NCBI GenBank assembly: GCA_023213395.1
Contig: CM041465.1
Coordinates: 145,583,741-145,647,740 of the forward strand
Length of the DNA stretch: 64,000 nt
Source of the DNA: Cycas panzhihuaensis
Taxonomy: Eukaryota; Plantae; Cycadophyta
Reading direction: 5' to 3'
Below, piece after piece: positions 1-13,532 of this stretch. A program made the position numbers and the translations under genes. Below the pieces are notes generated by a model. It searched no databases. It worked only from the letters and a program-made list of their open reading frames with translations, and had not been told where the DNA came from. Position 1 is the first letter of the stretch. Every line of letters starts with the position of its first letter.

Positions 1-2600
1 GGCCAAAGCCATCCACCGAGGCTTAATGGCATTAATGAGGGTAAATTGACTCGCCCTGGAGCGTAGATATAGTTTAACAAGGAAGAAGAAAAGGTATTCT
101 AATATCCATTACCTCTTAGCCATCTTCATTTCATCTTTTTGGTCTTCTATGTTTCTTCATCTTGCGGCAAAGTAGCATTAAAAAGGGTGCATAGAGTAGA
201 GACAACGAATAGCCAAGCAAGCTACCAAAGATCATTTATGCAATCAAGGATTGAACTCTAAGCTATTACGTACTAAAATCTTGAAAGGGCGTTAGTTGAA
301 CTTGATAGAAGGGTTTTTAAAAGTTTTCAATAGTGAAAATTTTGCAAAAATTAGCTTAAGTATGCTCTGTAGAAATATACATTAGAACAATATTATAGAG
401 TAGAAAATTTTGCATAAAGAGAAGTCTCTTTAGTTTATCTCCATCCCATGCAAGGGATAAATTTGAAAATTTGCATGAATGTATGTGTCCATTACTATGT
501 CAATCTCATTAGATTGTTTGAAGGTGCTAAATTATAGTTTGGTTTGTAGGGTTTGGGAAGAGTGAGTCACCATTCCTTGAGGGTTAAGCAAGCCTCCCCG
601 GAATTATGAAAGGAATTTGGGTTGAGTGAGTCCCCTTTCCTCTGATTGGTGAGGGTTGAACTAGTCCCCTCAGGATTGAGTGAGTCCCCTCTTTGTTTAT
701 CATTATGTGCATGAGTAGTGCTCGTAGGGTATGGATCCGCAACCTCATTTTGGGTGAGAGTTGTGTGGTATAAAACACACAACCCATTGAAATAAGACCC
801 AGTGATGATACATGCAAGGTTATTGTCATACATTGTGTGGTATGTGATACGTAGGTCACACTAAGCGATAGTCCAAAGAGATTAACTCAGTAGTGAACCA
901 TGTGTGGTATGACATTCTAGATAATGTTGTATAAACTGAGTGCAGTGTAAAGTTCTAAAACAATTCAACAATGTTTTGTGGCAATTTGTGACCAAAGAAG
1001 TCATTAGGATGGGTTAAGAGCCAAGGCCTAAGTGGCTTGCCAGTACTCCAACATTCATATCACGTGCCCCAATTTCAGGGCATTTTCTTTTTTAGGAATT
1101 TGGTTGGTTGGGAAGTGAATTCGTTTCAGTAATCTGGTTGGCCCCTTTTATAGTCAAGTTTGAGTGTGTAAAAGATGTCCTAATGGTGAAATCAAATGCT
1201 AGGATACTTGTCATCTCTTCTACTGAGAATGTGATTTGAGAATCTTTAGGAAACATCGCTGACCTCTTGAACTAGCAACATATTCGGGCATATATTTTCT
1301 GTTGTGCATACTTGCATAACTTTGATTTCAGCTTCCATAGTTCAAGTTGATGTTTACTTGGTTGGCAAACTCAGGGGAGTCGGCTAAGTAGTGTCACAAC
1401 TAACCCTAGATTAAGGGGAGAGGTCGTGACAGAGGTGGCATCAAAGCTTCAAAGTGGAAGCTTGCAAAGGGATTGGTAGTGTTTCAAAATTGAAGTTTGA
1501 GTAACCAATAAGAACTTGACAGTGTACCAAACCTAGATACAAACATATTGAGTGATTATTACACAGCTTTAAGAAAAGAAAACCTCATTTAGGTGAGCAA
1601 GAAATGCCATGGGGATAGGAGGAGCATTTGATAGTGATGATGCCTGAGTAGCTCAAGAAGATCCTAGTTTTAAAACATAAACACTAAGGAGATTCCAAGA
1701 TACTGAGAAAGCTGACAAAATGACATTTCAATGGCCTTAGTAGAGACTATTTGCAAATTGCAAGAACAACTAAAGAGCTATACAGAAGACAATAAAAGGA
1801 TATGGAGAAGTCATAAGGTAATGCTCCACAACATCTAGCAAACAATTGAGCATGAGAAGACTAAGAGAGCTCATAACACCAAAAGCAATGGGAGAAGAGG
1901 CTGACCTCGAGAACCATCAATTCATGAGCACTTAAGTACAAGGAACAAGAGGAGAGCTATAAAGCACAATGAAGAGCAATACATAACAAGCACTAAATCC
2001 TCTAATGAAACCCTTAGGAGAGGAAAACAAAGAGGCAAGAAGAGTGCACTCTAGTTTGAGATGAGGAAGGTGAGGCCACCCACCTTCAATGGAGAAACTA
2101 AGAGTGAAGAAGAAGCAAAAGTATGGCTGTACAACATGGAGAAACACTTTGGATTAAATGATTAGCTCCAACGAGAAGGTAAGGATTGTTGTTTACAATT
2201 TAATAGGCAATGCATCTTTATGGTGGAAACATTACAAGAAGGTCAAAGACATTCAAGAGAGAGAGAGAGAGAGAGATGAAGTAGAGTAAGTTTGTTAAAT
2301 ACTTCAAACAAAAGTATCTTTCAAAAAAAAAGTATGACAAAAATGCAGTAACCATCCATGAGTTGAAGCAGGGAAGAATGATAATCAATCAATATGAAAG
2401 AGAGTTCATGAAGCTTCTCTAATATGCCCCATATATACAAGAAGAGAAGGTGAAGACTCATAGATTCATTGATGGATTGAATGAAAGCATCCAGAACAGG
2501 ATAAGAATTGTAAGCCTAAGACCTTGGAGGAGGCAATTCGAAAAACTAGGTATTGTGAAGAATAGTAAACAAAACCACGAGACAAGCAAGTTGGTTCAAA
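1..2600 (+). mobile_element. Degenerate Gypsy (Tekay/Del-like) LTR end, PBS relic and gag remnant
   Basis: ...GTGACA at ~1431 followed by TGGCATCAAAGC (decayed iMet PBS, 1436-1447). Stop-ridden gag-like RPPTFNGE...NLIGNASLWW...ELKQGRM...RFIDGLN...PKTLEEAI at ~2070-2550. Confidence 0.7.
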
Positions 2601-2668
2601 AGGAAAATTGTTACATAACAACATAGCACTAAGTGAAAATGGTTAAGCTAATACTTTGCTAAGAAGAC

Positions 2669-3200
2669 TTGTTGGTTAGTGTTAGCCATTAACCTTCATG
2701 TGTGGGCCACTTATGTCCGCCAATAGGAATTGACATTTTTTCCACCAATTGTATCTTGTGCGAAGGGGCCTCTCTTGCCTATTTAAGGCCCACTTATTGT
2801 AAAAGAAATTATTAAATCTTATTCTATTTTTGGTGGATGTACTTCAGTACCCCCTTTTGGTGATCTTTGTGCTCTCTTGGTGAATTGTGTTCTCTTTCCT
2901 TGTAAATCATCCTTCAAGTGATAATGAAGTGCTGCTAATTTTGCCCAATATCCATGTGCTTTGGTTTAAGTTGGAGAACAATTGGAGTAAGATCGTTCCA
3001 AGTGGTATCAGAGCCAATCTTCAGATCCAACAGGAAGCAGCAAGCTCAAAGGAAGGGAAATTTTTCCCTTGGTATATCACCTTAAACCCTTTTCTTCAGT
3101 TTTGTTCATTTGGTTCAAGTGATATCTATTCAAATTCTATCAATTTATCAAGTTGCAATCAGGTAGCACAGTTCCACCCTATCTTGCCCCATTTCCCTAG
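2669..3200 (+). mobile_element. Truncated LTR element: ~330-bp LTR plus perfect iMet PBS
   Basis: TGTTGG at ~2669 to TTCCA at 3000, then TGGTATCAGAGCC at 3003-3015; no coding region follows. Confidence 0.6.
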
Positions 3201-3956
3201 TGATTAGGTAGAGACCTTGTGCCAAGGATGTATAAACATCACAGGGATATGTCACTCTGAGCTAAGCATGCATGGCCATAAACCCATACATGACGCAAAG
3301 CGATATAACAACGCTTATACAAACTTCAGACAAAACTCAACGATGAAAGCAAGCCTCCATTTACCCTCGAGTATATCAGAGGACCCCTTTAGGTTCCCCT
3401 TTCCAACCTAGAATAGGAAATCAGTCGGCCATTTGTCCCTCTGTGGTGCACAGATTAGCGGTTAGTGCCTCGAAGTTATTTAACTTGAACACCCCTACAC
3501 GATTGTAGACCTTACAAAGACACACATTCCTCCATAAGTAATACCTTGAAATATTGGACCGAGTTATAGTAATGATAGGGAAATTTATCGTAGGGCCTGC
3601 AGAGCCGAACACTCCTTTGTTAGTGTTTGGTAAGCTCCCCCTGATCATCTTTACCACTTTCTTAATAAAAGTATTCATCACAAAAATTACACATGCGACT
3701 ACATACTTGACACTAAAATCATCTATTGATGAGACTGTTGTAACTCCTAATATAAGCCCCTGCAAGTGCTACACATCTGAAGACACATAGGTTCAACATG
3801 CAACAAGCAGTACCACCAAAGATAACAAAGCATATAAACACCTCAATTTGAATTGTAGCAAGCAATAATTGAGAACCAATCTACAAGCACCACAGTCCAA
3901 ACCTAAGTTCTGAGTTCTACACCAATTGAATCCACTCCCCATTTTCAATCCACTGA

Positions 3957-6300
3957 TGTAGCGGGCCCTTTACATAAACAATAGACAGAACCAAAATTGC
4001 CAGCAAAAAATAGAGTATTTATAGACATTCACCACCAATAATATTTATCCAGATAATAATTCTAGCAAATTTATAGTAGTACTTCCTAATATTTTCATAC
4101 ATTCATAGCAAATAGAATATAATTGCAATAGTAAACTATCATAAAACATGATTCAACAGAGATATAACATTCATTCATTGATAATAGCAGCATATGTAAA
4201 TAATAACAAAGTAATAACACCTAATACAAATATCCAACAATGTTGAACCCTCTTCGAGGCGAAAGTGACCCCCTAATAGGAATGAGGTCCTAATGGCATG
4301 AAGCCATTTTACCAATATGTAGAATTCTCCAAGATTATCTTACAAATGAGGAAGGTTCTTCTATTTCAAAAACCCAACTTGTATTTTGCCTCCAAAAAAC
4401 CGACTTCATAATAATTATTTCTGTTTCTAAAACCGACTTCAACCTTATTTTAGCAAGCCTGCAATTCCTCTCCCCTTAAAATAATACTTTGCTCTCGAAG
4501 CATTGGAGATTTCTGATACAGTCTTGATGAATTCTTCCAGCCACTACCTGCAAGATCCTGTATGTCAAAAAGATTTGGCTTGATCTTGCATCTTTCGTGG
4601 AACTTTGTTGGCAGGTGTCTTGAATTTGCTGATGTTTGTTCCTGGGGCCAAGCACATGCTATATCTTGTTCTGTATCGAGAGGATCCTAGGCCTTGTAAG
4701 GTGTCTCAGATGTCTCATCTTGGTCTTGCCTTGTGTTTGAACATTTTATTTTCAAATGGGATGGTTTATGGAAAGAGAAGTGAAGGTTTTCTAAAAAGAG
4801 TTAATCATAAGGGTCATCGATTAATGACTACTTATCGTAAAAAAGAAAAGAAGAGGTGGGATTATGAACTGAGATCAAGCATAGCTTTGAAGGCATCGGA
4901 AGAAAGGATAAATTTTGGAATCTACCTTGGATGGAGATGAGAATTTGTGTGGGTTTTGTTGGACCACAATACTTCTTGGAAAAGAAAGATGGGTGAGGGA
5001 TTAGTGATAGGCATTCTTTATGGAAAAAAAAGACTTTAATAAGGATTTAGAGATGGTATTCAGACAAACCGAGAGATTTAACAGAAAAAAATAATACTAG
5101 CAATGTGGAAGTGGATAGGATTGGGAAGGATGAGATGGAGTTCTATAGAGGGTAATCATCGCGCTAAGTGATGAAACATGATGAATGGATTGAAATGCTA
5201 GAATGTCCTGTTGAGGATGATCTATAGTGGGCCAAAGAATACGTAAATAGAGAGTTGAGCTAGGATTGCAAAGGGGAATTGGGATTTATCCTATGAAAAA
5301 AGTAGAGTTAAGGGGATAAGGATTATGGCTAATTATAGGATGGGGAAAAGACGGTTTCTCTACTAGTATTGATCTTGGGAAAGAGAGAGGACAAGTAAAA
5401 CTACCAAATGAAATATGCATGTGCAAATTAGGATTAAGAACCATGTTGAGCACCTTGTGGGTCTTGCTTAGATGTCTTACTCCCCCTGCCTCCTATATAG
5501 GCTCCTCCTCGATTTGCTCCTTGTACATTTAGTATTTTCATGTCTGCTTATCAATGACTTCATGTTGCTTTAACCTAGATTGTTTGTCATAGTGCTCAGC
5601 TTCAACCTGTGCTTTGTCTATGTTAGACTCATCTTCGAGATGCTTTGTTTTTCCCTCTTTTTTTGTCTTAGGACTTCAACCTACCCAAGTTGTAGTTCCT
5701 ATATTGAATCTTCTTAATGCTCCTACAGTGGTTCTTAGATCTCTCTATCAACGATCGATTCTTCTTCTTTTATTGTGCTCTTATCACGGCCCCAAAAGGC
5801 TAAGCTAAAATCTATTTTAAACCAACCCCAATCACAGGTGAATCTTTTTTTAGATCAATTTTTATACCATTTATAAGCTTCACCCTTCAAGTAGTTTTGA
5901 ATGCCATAGTCCTAAAATTTATATCTAGTGAAATTCCACAATGTGCTTCAACATGTTGAAGCCAATTTGTAGTTGTTATGCCTTCTCCTAGTGCAAATGG
6001 CTCAATGTCTCGAAGTTTCCATGTTATGTTCAAGTATTGTTGCAGTCACTTTGTTGTCTCTGCTGCTTTTTCCAAGTCCAACTAAATTGTCAATTTTCCC
6101 TTTTCTAACTAAAAGTTACAACTTCAAAGAGTAAAATTAGTATCATTGGCCAGTCTAAACTATCGCATATGACCACTCGTAACAATCGTCTTCGAACCAG
6201 GAATCCAATGGTTCAGACAAAATTGAAATCCAATACTTGCGCACAGTTTTGACTGGTCAACAACGAATTTTGACATTGTAAATCAATCTGAAACTCCAAA
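3957..6300 (-). mobile_element. Non-autonomous LTR element copy (3' LTR ~3957-4463 plus non-coding body); boundaries approximate
   Basis: LTR motif CCCTCTTCGAGGCGA at ~4248. Minus-strand PPT AAGGGGAGAGG at ~4467-4477. Internal blocks are homologous to 41200-42500 and 45850-47600. Confidence 0.65.
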
Positions 6301-9300
6301 TTACTGATCGCATAATGGAATATTAATGAAATCGATTGAAAAGAGATCAAATTCTTCAAAACAAAGCATCTATGAACTCGATTATGGCGTCAACATGCAA
6401 AGGCGAATAGGATGATAAAGAATATGCAATGAACTTGATTGAACAAACTGAACTTTAGAATAGCAATCCTTCAAGATGAAATTCTGACGACAATGGATAT
6501 AAATCTCTTTGACAAACAGGCAACTTGAGATAAATGACGAATAGTTCTTCATGCAATAGGGCACAAGGTTAATAGGCAACTCACAAAGTTCCACATAGAA
6601 AAAACTCAAACGACAAATCACTCAAATAGACTCAAGAAAATGACTCCTCAATACGAATGGCATGTGCTGTAATTTGTTAGCGGTTAGGTTTTGACAAAAG
6701 AATTTTATATTGAGAGATTAGATCTAGACAAATTCCTTTAACGGCATCGCTTCTCTACCCATGTATCTTGCAGAAGCATCAATTGTGTTTCCTTGGAGGT
6801 GATTCAACACAACTTGTTTGTGGATGTTATACTTGATATGACGAACAAGTATGGATTGGGTGAGTTGTGATGCTAGGATCTTAAATATACAGTGAGATTG
6901 TTCTTGAAATTAATTTTATGGACTAATATTTATGCATGTGATGTTCCTAAATAATTAGTATGCAAGAATTTTAAATTTCGGTCCACAATCTCAATTCTAT
7001 TTAGTGTTTTTCTTATTGAGGGCATATAGGATAAATGACTAGACTGAGTCTCACAGAGTGTAGAGGCAGTTGAATAATAGTTATAGGCATGAAATGAGAT
7101 CAAGACGACCTACTATTGAAGAGTGCTCCATGTTAGTAGGGAAGTGAGTGCTATTGGTTTGCATGAAGAGATCACATATTTAGGCCTTAACGCCCTACAA
7201 AGGCAATGAATAGCAAGCAATTGCAAATTGAATGAAGCTCACAAAGCAGACCCGAAGATGTCCGTGAGGAAGAATGTTGTTGAAACTAAGTAGGCACTTC
7301 AATATATTTGAATGCTGGAGGAGTAGTACAACAATTGAAGCAACAAGTAGTAGTCCACAAAAGGATGTTGGTAGGTTTAGTAAAGTCCTTGAATTCCCGA
7401 CAATATAAAATTTTTGCCGAAGTGTTGAGTTGCAAAGTGTTGTGAAGTCGAATGCTCAAGAGTGGGATGCATTGAAGGTATGTGGAATCTGTAGAAGAAA
7501 CCCACAAATTGAGATCTATAGTTGAAGATCAGAAAAGGAGTCAGCCATGAGAATGGAAACCCTTGAGTGGACGTAAATATCCAAATACAGAAAGAGGAAC
7601 CCATGAAATTATAGTGACCATGTGAAAGCCAAATACAGTCTCATAGTGGTCATGGAAGGGTTATGAGGTGTGTCCAACCCTTGTTTCCAAATTTGAATGC
7701 CACTTGATGAAGAAATGTAGCCAAATAAAGGATCACAAGATTATTGAGATGTAAAACATGTTTGGTAGCACATTGGTGGAGGAAATTGCAAATTGTAGTC
7801 TAACTAAGATGCCGTAAGAGGACGTCATTGGGGGTAAACACACCTACCGCAAAGTGTGCAAATCAAATGCCATTGACACCCATCAAGCTAGGGCAAGCGT
7901 AGATCAGATGTAACCCATGCATTGCAGATTTGAGAGTGCATTGACATGAAGACTTGCGATGAAGACTATTGAGGGGTCTTTGTTGCCCAATGACGAATTC
8001 ATCAATGCAGTCCAAAACTCGTCCGACACAAATTTGAAAATCGATACATCTCTACAAATACAATGAGAACTTTAAAAAGTGGAAAATATTTTATTTTTCT
8101 AATGTTTTAAAATATTTAATTGGATTAGAACCCATCTTGAAGTCCATCTCCAAGTCATTAGACCACAGTCACATGCATGAGCAAGCTAATGTTAACCCTA
8201 GCTCAAAAACTAATAATTTAAAATTTTTGAAAGCATGGCCAAGTTAAAAACTAAATTTTATCCTATTAAAACATGGTCATATTGCATTTTAAATATGTTT
8301 TGTTCCACATATGGTAATTATGTTTTTAACAAACAAGTACTCATGCGAGAACCCATTCAAGATAAGAATTAAATGTAATAATTGTCACATTAGTGAAGGA
8401 TTCCATTTTGCCCTTGTAATAACTGGAAAAATGCTTCAATTTGTTCCATGCATCTAATTTCATTAATTGAAATCATGCAGTGAGTTCACGCTCATGAGAT
8501 CCTATGCAAGTGGCTATAGGAATTGCAGCAAGTTTACCTAAGGTGAGCAATAGTTATGTTGTTGGACACTTGTGCTTTGCTAATGTAGACGGGTTGCAAG
8601 TGAACACCCAAAAAAGGTTGATCATTTTGTAAAGTCATAAACCAAATGTTGTGAATTCTAGCAAAGGTGAAAAGTTTTTTCTTGATAGTTGAAGGAGAAA
8701 AGAAACAAGCACAAAGAAAAGTGCACTTAAAACAATTTGGAGACAAAGACAATTAGTATGCTAATGTGATTAAACAAAGCAAAGATTAAACATTATGGGT
8801 GAGTGTTGGAGAATTATGTTTAATTTATGGTCAATCCATGATTACTGTAATTATTTAATTGATTATCTTATCTCTCAAATGTTGTGCATACATATTTTAA
8901 AGAGGTTCACACATCTTCATGTATTCTTAGAGGTTATCTTAAAGATTTTCCTATTTCATTGGACATGTATCTATAAATATGTACCTTTGCTAATGCAATA
9001 GTTGAAGGTTGATCATTCTTCCAATTTCTTTTGTATTTTGCATTGGTGCGTATTTTATTTTTCTTTATCATGGTATCATGGATTCTTCTATAATATTTTT
9101 AACATAATACCTGAGTACTTAACGTAATTTTCTAACATGGTATTATCTGTTGTATGTTTGAATCTCATCTTGCATAATGTCAAACCCAACCTTTTAACAA
9201 TAAAATGTGTGCATAAGGGTGATAGCATGTAGTTATGTGTCACCAATGAAATGATGTGATTGGTTAGATGGTCGACCCATTCATTTAACTTACTTTTACA

Positions 9301-9828
9301 TTTTCATAAAGGGAATACCCTAAGATATTCATGGGTAGACATCTTGTGGAAATATAACTATTGGTATCCATTTGACTCCTTTTGGAAATCTACTTTTCAG
9401 TTCAAATTTCTTTGAGTGCCATTTGTTGCTATTGAGAACATTTCACCTTCCCAAAGATATCTCCTTTGTCGAATTGTGTGGGTTACAACTGCCTTAATAG
9501 GGAAGTGACCTTGGATCAATCCAAAAAATTTCCATATGGGACCAAGTCACTGATCAAAGGATCACAAAAATCATATTCTTTTAGTACATAAATTAAAGAC
9601 ATCATATTTTTTTCCAGATGTGGTCGATAACCACAGCCTACAGAAAGAAGGTAACTATCCAAATTGATATGTGAATGCTAACCCGATTCAATTCAAAAGA
9701 TATCTAAATGTTGGAATGGGTCTCTATTAGTAAGGCATATTCAGATGGACATAACTATTTTGCTCTTCAATGTGATTTTTCATTTGAAGCATAACGAGAA
9801 TATAAGAATTGCAGATGCTGATTCTTCA

Positions 9829-11118
<1,290 letters not shown>

Positions 11119-12793
11119 TTACACTGGATCAATATTTCTTCCAAATATGACACAGGAGCAAAGATGAATAAATACCAAAAATGGGATGTCAATAAATAGA
11201 TAAAGCATGACCTCTATTGCCAGGTAAATCTACTAACTACTTGAAAATGTTCTGTAATGCTATTAACACAACACAAGATGCCCAAATATTTCACTAACAC
11301 TAAAATATGAGAAACTCATATCTTATTTTAAAACAAAACAGCATTTTCCCAAACAATTCAAACTGAAAAGCATGGAATTTCAAAAACGCGGTCCCACAAT
11401 CAATTCTTGGCAGTTCTTATATGGATCCCTCTCTTTCTTTTTATCCTTTGTGCTTAACCACAATGAACTAAAAATATTTTATGCTGTACACAATCAGATA
11501 AGCAGCACAACCAAGTTAATTATCTGTAGAGTAAAGAAGGAAAGAAATGCACAGCTCTGCTGTAATGGATCTTGATTCTTAATGTATTGGAATCAATGCA
11601 GAGAAAAATTTGTTTGCATGCCATATATTTTGGAAAACCAAGTGGTATCTCAACAATGGAAGGGATGATATTTGTTTTTAAAAAATGGAAAAGCTTTTTC
11701 CTTTTCATTGGATAAGTTGGGCAAAATAACTTTGCTCACTTGCACTTTGATTTAGTTAAAAACTAAGGATTCATTTTTTTCAGAAGTTACATGCTACAAG
11801 CTGAAAAAGGGCCCAGTTATTACATAAAACCATAAGAAATGAGATGGGGAAAACTTCTAACAATTTATGGGACTTGAACCCCATGCAAGTACATGCAGAA
11901 GAATCAAGAAGTACAGAAGCCATAAAAGATAGCACAATAATGGGCAAGATTTTGCCCTATAAGGCCTTCAATGGAATTGTACATACACCAAAGACACCAC
12001 CTAAGCCCTGTTCATGCCACAAAACCCTCAACAAATGTGCCCAAGTGCTTAGATGGATCCTTATGAGGGTATACAAACTTGAAGAGGAACTTGGTTTCAT
12101 TAGTTAGGAAAATAGGAAAAATACAGTTGCACGGATTTGAGGACTCCAAAGCAGATTTTTTCTAGATTTCTCAATTTCGAGGCAAATAAGTGGACTCAAA
12201 ATGATCCTTTGGTCATAAGCTTTCTTTCAAGTACAAGTTTGCTAAATTTGACTCAAGATTTTAAGAGAAATAAGCAAAAAAGGCTTTCAAACGCTAGCCG
12301 CCCCTTTGTGTTTGACTACTTTTTTCTGCCTGTTTGGAAGTCAAATCAAAAATCTGACTTCAGAATCCTATGTACGGCCTAAATACCTTTGATTTGGAAG
12401 AGTTTCATCCAAATGCGTACACCTGTACTTTTGATCGTACATTCGTACAACTGCATGGACTGAGACTGTAATAGACATTCCTTAAACTCCAACTTCAATA
12501 CTTGTCTTCATGATTGCCTCAATCTATTCCCCAAGTAAGTTAGACAAATTGATATGCATAAATTATGCAACATAGAAAAATACCATGAAGGGATTGCTAA
12601 TTGCGAAAAATGCTTGGAAATTAGTTACTGACAAGGAACTTAAACCAACTATTAATGGAACAACAAAGATTAGCTGGGAGGAGAGGGACAAGCAAGCCTT
12701 AGCCATAATCACCTTGTCCATCAGTGATTCAGTTTTGACTCATATTAGCGGACCCTCCACTTCTGTCAAAGCATGGAAAACCCTAGATACCTT

Positions 12794-12903
12794 ATACCAG
12801 CGTTAATGCACTGAATCCCATCAGAACTCTGTATTTAAGTGTGCTTGGGTTGGAGTAGCACTAGGATGGGTGACCTCTTGGGAAGTCCTAGTATTGGACC
12901 CTT
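12794..12903 (+). pseudogene. 5S rRNA-derived sequence (nt ~11-120) forming the 5' head of a LINE
   Basis: ataccagcgttaatgcactgaatcccatcagaactctgtatttaagtgtgcttgggttggagtagcactaggatgggtgacctcttgggaagtcctagtattggaccctt is colinear, with no indels, with plant 5S rRNA as recalled (roughly 85% identity by eye, many differences being C>T/G>A). The C-box region GGATGGGTGA is intact at 12864-12873; the first ~10 nt of 5S are missing. Confidence 0.93.
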
Positions 12904-13532
12904 TAATATATAAGAGAGACGGCGGCTAGGGCGAACGGAAGAAGACGGGCGACTAATACGCAGATGGGCAGCTAGTGCACAACAACGGTGGCTAGGGTTA
13001 TCACGTTGGCTTCGGCCTGGGGGAGATTCCAAGGCCCAAGACGGGGCATGGCCCCATTCGAATGAAATGCCTCTCCTTCACAGACCGGGAGAGTAGTCCG
13101 CTCAGTACGGTGGAAGGGCGACGGACGAGTAGGATCTCCTTTTCCTTTGGAGTTCTACAAACGGCTGCAGCTTGGAGGAAGCCCGTATCGGGGCGTAATG
13201 AAGTGAAACCTAGCTATTCAAAGGCGCTTTCAGGGGCGGGAAGCCAGAATAACAAGGTTTGGATTGTGGAGCCAAATCCGGATAGCAGTGTCGACGAGAT
13301 CTATGGGTGTCAGGTGAGTTCTGCCCTGTTAGATGCTTACTATATACTGTTGTGAATTTTGTTTTTAAGTATGGAGCATCCAGTTCATAAAAACCAGATT
13401 CAATCCTCTCCCCCAAGAAGCACATACCTTGATGTGCTGAAAAATGGAGGTTCATAAGAGTATTAGATAAACCTAGTTTACCAAGACAACTGCATAAAAA
13501 TACCCATACCAAAAGACTTTACTACAAAGACC

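Noticed and set aside
560-700. Spaced GAGTGAGTCCCC repeats as a CRISPR-like array
   Set aside because: Only about three degenerate units inside a plant LTR, in a eukaryotic context with no cas genes.
6660-9700. Additional SAC9 exon or identifiable element
   Set aside because: No SAC9-like peptide found by eye; it looks like highly decayed repeat sequence whose boundaries I cannot support.
11640-11655. AGTGGTATCTC as the PBS of the outer Copia
   Set aside because: Only a partial match, and the upstream sequence does not resemble the putative 3' LTR at 36399-36619.
12794-12903. Functional 5S rRNA gene or 5S rDNA array
   Set aside because: Single copy, lacks nt 1-10 and upstream promoter context, carries deamination-type changes, and is embedded in retroelements.
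12794-12903. Cassandra TRIM
   Set aside because: No paired LTRs, PBS or PPT around the 5S sequence; it extends to the natural 5S 3' end and joins a LINE.
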